Assembly (NCBI RefSeq): GCF_001194135.2
Contig: NC_068985.1
Location: 64,284,706-64,325,823 of the forward strand
Origin: Octopus bimaculoides
Taxonomy: Eukaryota
DNA length: 41,118 nucleotides
Direction: 5' to 3'
Shown: positions 35,609 through 41,118 of the stretch, in pieces
Layout: each line of letters starts with the position of its first letter
Numbering within the stretch: the stretch's first letter is position 1
The notes under the pieces: generated by a model
Told to the model about the DNA's origin: nothing
What the model saw: only the letters and a program-made list of their open reading frames with translations
Database searches by the model: none
Position numbers and translations under genes: made by a program

Positions 35609-36967
35609 TGCTGTGAAGCAATGACTCAATAAAATATTCATCTAACCCTAAAATGGACCTGAAAACATTGAGAAATGAGCGTAAAAACAAATTGTGTGTG
35701 TGTGCGCACACGCACGTGTGTGTAATAAGCTTGTATGTTGATATTCCATGGTGTCACCGGTTGAGTGAAGTAGTGGTTATGTTGACATTATGGCTGGTCA
35801 TTCTGTGTTTTCCAAGACTTTGGCTGGTGTTTGAGGCAGACAGAGACCAATAGAGGCTTCCTTGTAAGCTTGGGGAAATGGTAGAGAGCACAACAATTAT
35901 TCATTCATTCAACATTCATTTTTCCATAAGTTTAGATGGAACATGGCAGGATTTACTGCTGGATGCTCTTCTTGCTGCCAACCATTACCTGCTTCTCAAG
36001 TAAGGGATTCCTTTTACTTCACAAGTCTTGGAAAACACAGAATGACCAGCCATAATGTCAACATAACCACTACTTCACTCAACCGGTGACACCATGGAAT
36101 ATCAACATACAAGCTTATTACACACACGTGTGTGTGCGCACACACACACAATTTGTTTTTACGCTCATTTCTCAATGTTTTCAGGTCCATTTTAGGGTTA
36201 GATGAATATTTTATTGAGTCATTGCTTCACAGCAANNNNNNNNNNNNNNNNNNNNNNNNNNNNNNNNNNNNNNNNNNNNNNNNNNNNNNNNNNNNNNNNN
36301 NNNNNNNNNNNNNNNNNNNNNNNNNNNNNNNNNNNNNNNNATGCTGTGAAGCAATGACTCAATAAAATATTCATCTAACCCTAAAATGGACCTGAAAACA
36401 TTGAGAAATGAGCGTAAAAACAAATTGTGTGTGTGTGCGCACACGCACGTGTGTGTAATAAGCTTGTATGTTGATATTCCATGGTGTCACCGGTTGAGTG
36501 AAGTAGTGGTTATGTTGACATTATGGCTGGTCATTCTGTGTTTTCCAAGACTTTGGCTGGTGTTTGAGGCAGACAGAGACCAATAGAGGCTTCCTTGTAA
36601 GCTTGGGGAAATGGTAGAGAGCACAACAATTATTCATTCATTCAACATTCATTTTTCCATAAGTTTAGATGGAACATGGCAGGATTTACTGCTGGATGCT
36701 CTTCTTGCTGCCAACCATTACCTGCTTCTCAAGTAAGGGATTCCTTTTACTTCACAAGTCTTGGAAAACACAGAATGACCAGCCATAATGTCAACATAAC
36801 CACTACTTCACTCAACCGGTGACACCATGGAATATCAACATACAAGCTTATTACACACACGTGTGTGTGCGCACACACACACAATTTGTTTTTACGCTCA
36901 TTTCTCAATGTTTTCAGGTCCATTTTAGGGTTAGATGAATATTTTATTGAGTCATTGCTTCACAGCA
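35609..36967. repeat. 626-bp unit (212-bp arm, 202-bp spacer, inverted 212-bp arm) present twice across an N-gap (36236-36340)
   Basis: 35609-36234 and 36342-36967 look identical; the arms are near-perfect reverse complements. Confidence 0.9.
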
Positions 36968-37106
36968 AGATTGATTTCCTGTTTTCAAGTAAGGGATCCT
37001 TAAGCCGGTGAGTGATTTGTTGATAGGAGAAAGAACATCACCACTTGTACTTCATGATATTTGGCAGTGTGCCAAATGCACAAGTATGTACATAGACATA
37101 TATCTA

Positions 37107-38400
37107 CAGGGATACCTCGGCTTAAGTCATTTCGACTTTAGTCATTCTTGAAGATATGTTGGTTTTCAAAAATAATATAGGGAAAGATAAAAGTCAAATT
37201 AAGTCATTTTACTTGACTTTATTTTGGTCTGCCAACAATATTGGAATTGTAAAAAAACTAAAAAACATTAAAAGTACATAAAATCATGTTACAATAAATA
37301 AGAATAAAAGCATATAAAATCATATTAAAATACAGCAAATGTTAAAATACACATCATAAAGTAGTGTATCCTAGTTCACTAAAGCATGAAATCAGCTGTG
37401 TTGTCTTACTTATCTGTCTTTCAGAGCTCATATTGCACTGGTAGTTCTAATATCTACTGTTAGACATCATCGTGATTTCTGTGATTGTTTTGAATTCAGA
37501 TTTGTTTATGTCTGTTTATTGCTTAGATTCTCTCATTTCCATTCATTTGTAACTTAGATTTTTGCCCCCAGCTTCCTAAGAAAAGTCCTGGTGAAAGTAC
37601 TAAGTGTCATGCTTTAACACTGGAGAATAAGTTGGTGATGATAAAACGTTATGCTAAAGGTGAAAAAGTTGTAGAGATTGCACAATCTTTTGGGATGAAT
37701 GGTGAAAAGTTGTAGCAATTGCACGATCTTTTGTGGTGAGTTGGACAACTGTATCAACGATTGTGCATAATAAGGACAAGATTTTAACACATATCACATC
37801 TGAAACCCCAGGGTTGAAGAACACTGTCATTAACAAGAAAAGAGGCAAAATCTTTGAAGAAATGGGAAGTCTTCTATCTATTTGGATTGATAGGCAGAAT
37901 CATCAGAATGCTACTTATAGTCAAGAAATTGTTTAGGGGAAAGTAGTGTCTTTGTTTGAGGAACCTGAAGAAAAAAATATCCAGATGAGAAAAATGTAGA
38001 GTTCAAGGCAAGTCAAGGATGGGTTATGAGATTTAAAAACTGGAGAAGTTATCACTTCCTTAAGAAGCAAGGTGAAAGTGCATCAACTGATGAACATGCA
38101 GCAGCAGAATTTTCTGTAACATTGAAGAAGACCATCAAAGAAAACAAGCAACAAATTCAAGAATAAGAGCAAATCGAACCTGAGCCATGCCATTTCACTA
38201 TTAAGAAAATGCAGCAAGCATTTGCATACATCAAAAAAGTTCTAGCTATGTTTGAAGATATGGATCCAAATGCTCAAGATTATAGGGGCTCGTCACAAAG
38301 CTTTTGTTCCTTATAATGTAATCCTTAAGGAAAAGAAGACAGTTGAAGGCACTCTTGACCAGTTTTTTAAACACATCTAATGACAACAAGAACTGCCAGA
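37107..38400 (+). mobile_element. Tigger/pogo-family transposon remnant, internally deleted
   Basis: TA|CAGGGATACCTCG end; translation ALTLENKLVMIKRYAKGEKVVEIAQSFGM...FEEMGSLLSIWI...FKASQGWVMRFK...QGESAS (CENP-B-type HTH); no DDE domain or right TIR found. Confidence 0.75.
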
Positions 38401-39064
38401 ATCAGCAGATGATGTTGATGTCAACGATCCTTGGCAATCTACAGCTACAATGTAAACACCACCAAATTTTACGTATTGGTAAATTTAAAATACTTTATTT
38501 TTTTAAACTATATTACAAAATAATAATTATTTGTTTGTAAACTTAAAAAAGGTTTTTGTTAACCATATCTTATCAAAAATGCATTCATAAATAAAGTACA
38601 GCACTGGGGAATGGCTGTTAGCAGTTTAGGCTAGGCTAAGGTGTCTTCCTCTTTCTCTCTGTCTATGTATACATATTTGCTGCCTCAGCAAGAAGCATGT
38701 TGAATTTTTGGAAGGAAAGTTATACTTTTTGAAACTACTTATACACCTTCAACTTCAAATTGCTGTGGATGAATAAGGTAATGTTTTAGAATTATACATA
38801 TTTTTCGTAAATATGGGTATATACTGCTAAAGAGAGTAACACATGCCAAATTTACATTAAATAAATTTTAAATATTAATTTATTTAATTTGAATGTTAAA
38901 CTCGAAACTATAGTACACTATTAAGCCACTGTCATTTTGAAATAAACTCTTATTCATCTTACCTGCTTTTTACAGCTATTTTGTATGAAGGCAAATCGCA
39001 GATGTTTATTTGAACATCTATTTTCAACATGCAAGCAAGTAATTTTCACTGTCATCCTCTTTCT

Positions 39065-39128
39065 CTCTGTCTATATATATATATATATGTGTGTGTTGTA
39101 TATATATATATATATATATATATACACA

Positions 39129-39215
<87 letters not shown>
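39065..39215. repeat. Compound (TA)n/(CA)n microsatellite
   Basis: Directly visible; a further TG/CA low-complexity tract lies at ~39765-40030. Confidence 0.95.
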
Positions 39216-39218
<3 letters not shown>

Positions 39219-39412
39219 TTATCAATTCGTTTTGCAAGATTCCTGATGTGAAATCCTGTGTTGAAGCAGGTATTGTTGTGAAATTCAAATTACGATATAT
39301 GTAAACAAACAAAGTTTGCTTTTTTAGAAGCATTGAGATGTATTGAAAATAGTTTATTCTCAAACGCTGAATAATGCTGACTAGCATAAATAGGATAGAA
39401 CATCCATATATC

Positions 39413-39521
39413 GCAGAAAAATTTGTTAGCAGCCTGCCATGAGACTCGAACTCACATCTCTGTGATTACTGGTCAAGTGATTTACCTTTAAGCTAAACTG
39501 CCCACTAATAAATTCTTCTGC
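39413..39521 (-). mobile_element. Second 109-bp tRNA-derived element with inverted flanks
   Basis: GGCAGTTTAGCTTAAAGGTAAATCAC...GAGATGTGAGTTCGAGTCTCATGGC; flanks gcagaaaaatttgttagcag / ctaataaattcttctgc. Confidence 0.6.
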
Positions 39522-40779
39522 AATTTTTGAACTTATAAATTAAGCTTTTATAGACACTATATGTGAAATTCAAATTGTTGTGTTTTGGGATGGCCGTTTT
39601 TTATTTTTGCCAAATAAACACGCACTATATATATTTTTTCTTCACTCATTTATTACTGTTCTTGATTTATCATTTTAACTCATGTCCATTGTCTGGAAAT
39701 CTTTCGTCACACGTCTGTGACCTCTCCAGTGACACATTTCGTTTTTGTGTGTGTTCTTGCTCCACTATATATATGTGTGTGTGTGTGTATGTATGTATAT
39801 ATGTGTGTGTATACATACATACACACAAACATACACACGTACATACATGCACACACACATGAATATGCATGGACGTACACACAGGAACAAACATATACCT
39901 CCACACACTCAATACACACATACATGCACACACATACATGCACACACATACATATACAGAGAAAGACAGTGAAACAGAATGTGGGACACACACGTACCCA
40001 TACACATGTCCACACACACATACACACAGATACCAACTATTCTTCACACCTTCCTGTCTCAGAAAGCACTTTCTCTTTGTCCATCTACTTCCAGTCATTC
40101 CAAAATGTAACTACACATGGACTATTGGTGATTTTTTTCCCGTCTTCTTCCTTTTCTTTTGGACTTTCCTATGTCTCCTGTTTCCAAAGAAGAGTTGTGC
40201 CCGAAACATAAAACAACCATTCTTTCTTTCCTTCTACATATATATGTGTGTGTGTGTGTGTATAATAATAAATAATTTGGACAAATAATTATAATTCGAT
40301 TAGTGTGTTTAAATGTTGAGTAGAGCACCAGCACAATTTAAGCTACTTGTTGTCATCTGCAGTTATGGTATACTTCTGTTGGATCTACTTCAGGAACTCT
40401 GCAGTGGCAGTTAGAGTAATAGTATCAATTAATAGTAGGAGATGGATTTCATATTAGATTTTAATTAAGTACAACATGTTTTGACCCATCAGTCTGGGTC
40501 TCTTCCGGTACATTGATAAAGAAGTCTCACTAGAGAATTTTAGTGTCGATTGGCTTGTTGTTATATTCCCTTCAAGGTCAGGAGTGAATAAAAGCAAATA
40601 ATATTACAGAAATGCAAAAAATAAAAGTATGAATGTAGAGATCCTGTGTTGCAGTTTAAATAAAATGACCTAATCAGCTTTCGCTGTCATAACTGCTTAG
40701 AGGAAAAAGAAAGTAGGAGAAAGGAAGAACTGCTCAGACAAGTAGTTTTATGTTCGTGCATACTCATACAGATGGACAG

Positions 40780-40816
<37 letters not shown>

Positions 40817-40828
40817 CATACATATGCA

Positions 40829-41118
40829 GGAATCACTGCAGAGATGCTCAAAATATCTGGCAGTGTTGGCTATAGCCTAGTCACCCGTATTACGAACCAG
40901 GTGATACACGAAGGAGTCATACCCTATGACTGGTGTAGCAGCATCATAGTCAACTGCTACAAAGGTAAAGGGGACGCTTTAGATACAAATAATTACAGAG
41001 GCATCAAGCTGTTAGATCAGGTTATGAAAGTTACAGAGAGGGTCATAGCCCAACTAATTAGGGAGCGAATCAATTTAGATGAGATGCAGTTTGGGTTCGT
41101 GCCAGGTAAAAGCACTAC
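40829..41118 (+). mobile_element. RTE-clade LINE reverse transcriptase fragment, open frame, runs off window
   Basis: GITAEMLKISG...IPYDWCSSIIVNCYKGKGDALDTNNYRGIKLLDQVMKVTERVI...DEMQFGFVPGKST; begins abruptly after a (TA)n tract. Confidence 0.9.

Noticed and set aside
39563-40334. Cluster of overlapping ORFs of 70-164 aa
   Set aside because: Translations of TG/CA/TA simple repeats (HT, CV, YI runs).

Overview
AT-rich, microsatellite-laden animal genomic DNA with six N-gaps. The SINE/RTE/Penelope repeat content resembles an octopus genome; that species assignment is inference. Two host genes can be supported, and they sit head-to-head. KRR1 is on the minus strand, with coding exons 1-4 reconstructed by hand (12684 to 2944; the rest lies left of the window). 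An intronless RNA polymerase II subunit RPB9/POLR2I is on the plus strand (13451-13843). The remainder is mostly mobile DNA. A decayed Gypsy LTR element (15578-23380) hosts an RTE LINE fragment and a complete Buster-type hAT element with an exact 8-bp TSD, which itself hosts a solo LTR. A Merlin-type MITE with an 8-bp TSD sits in a Merlin transposase remnant and is split by a Helitron-like element. Other elements include further MITEs, a Tigger derivative, SINEs and a 28-bp minisatellite. The most unusual signal is two fold-back (inverted-repeat) retroelements in KRR1 introns whose arms carry minimal, Penelope-type hammerhead ribozyme motifs; one of them is a tRNA-headed SINE-like unit.
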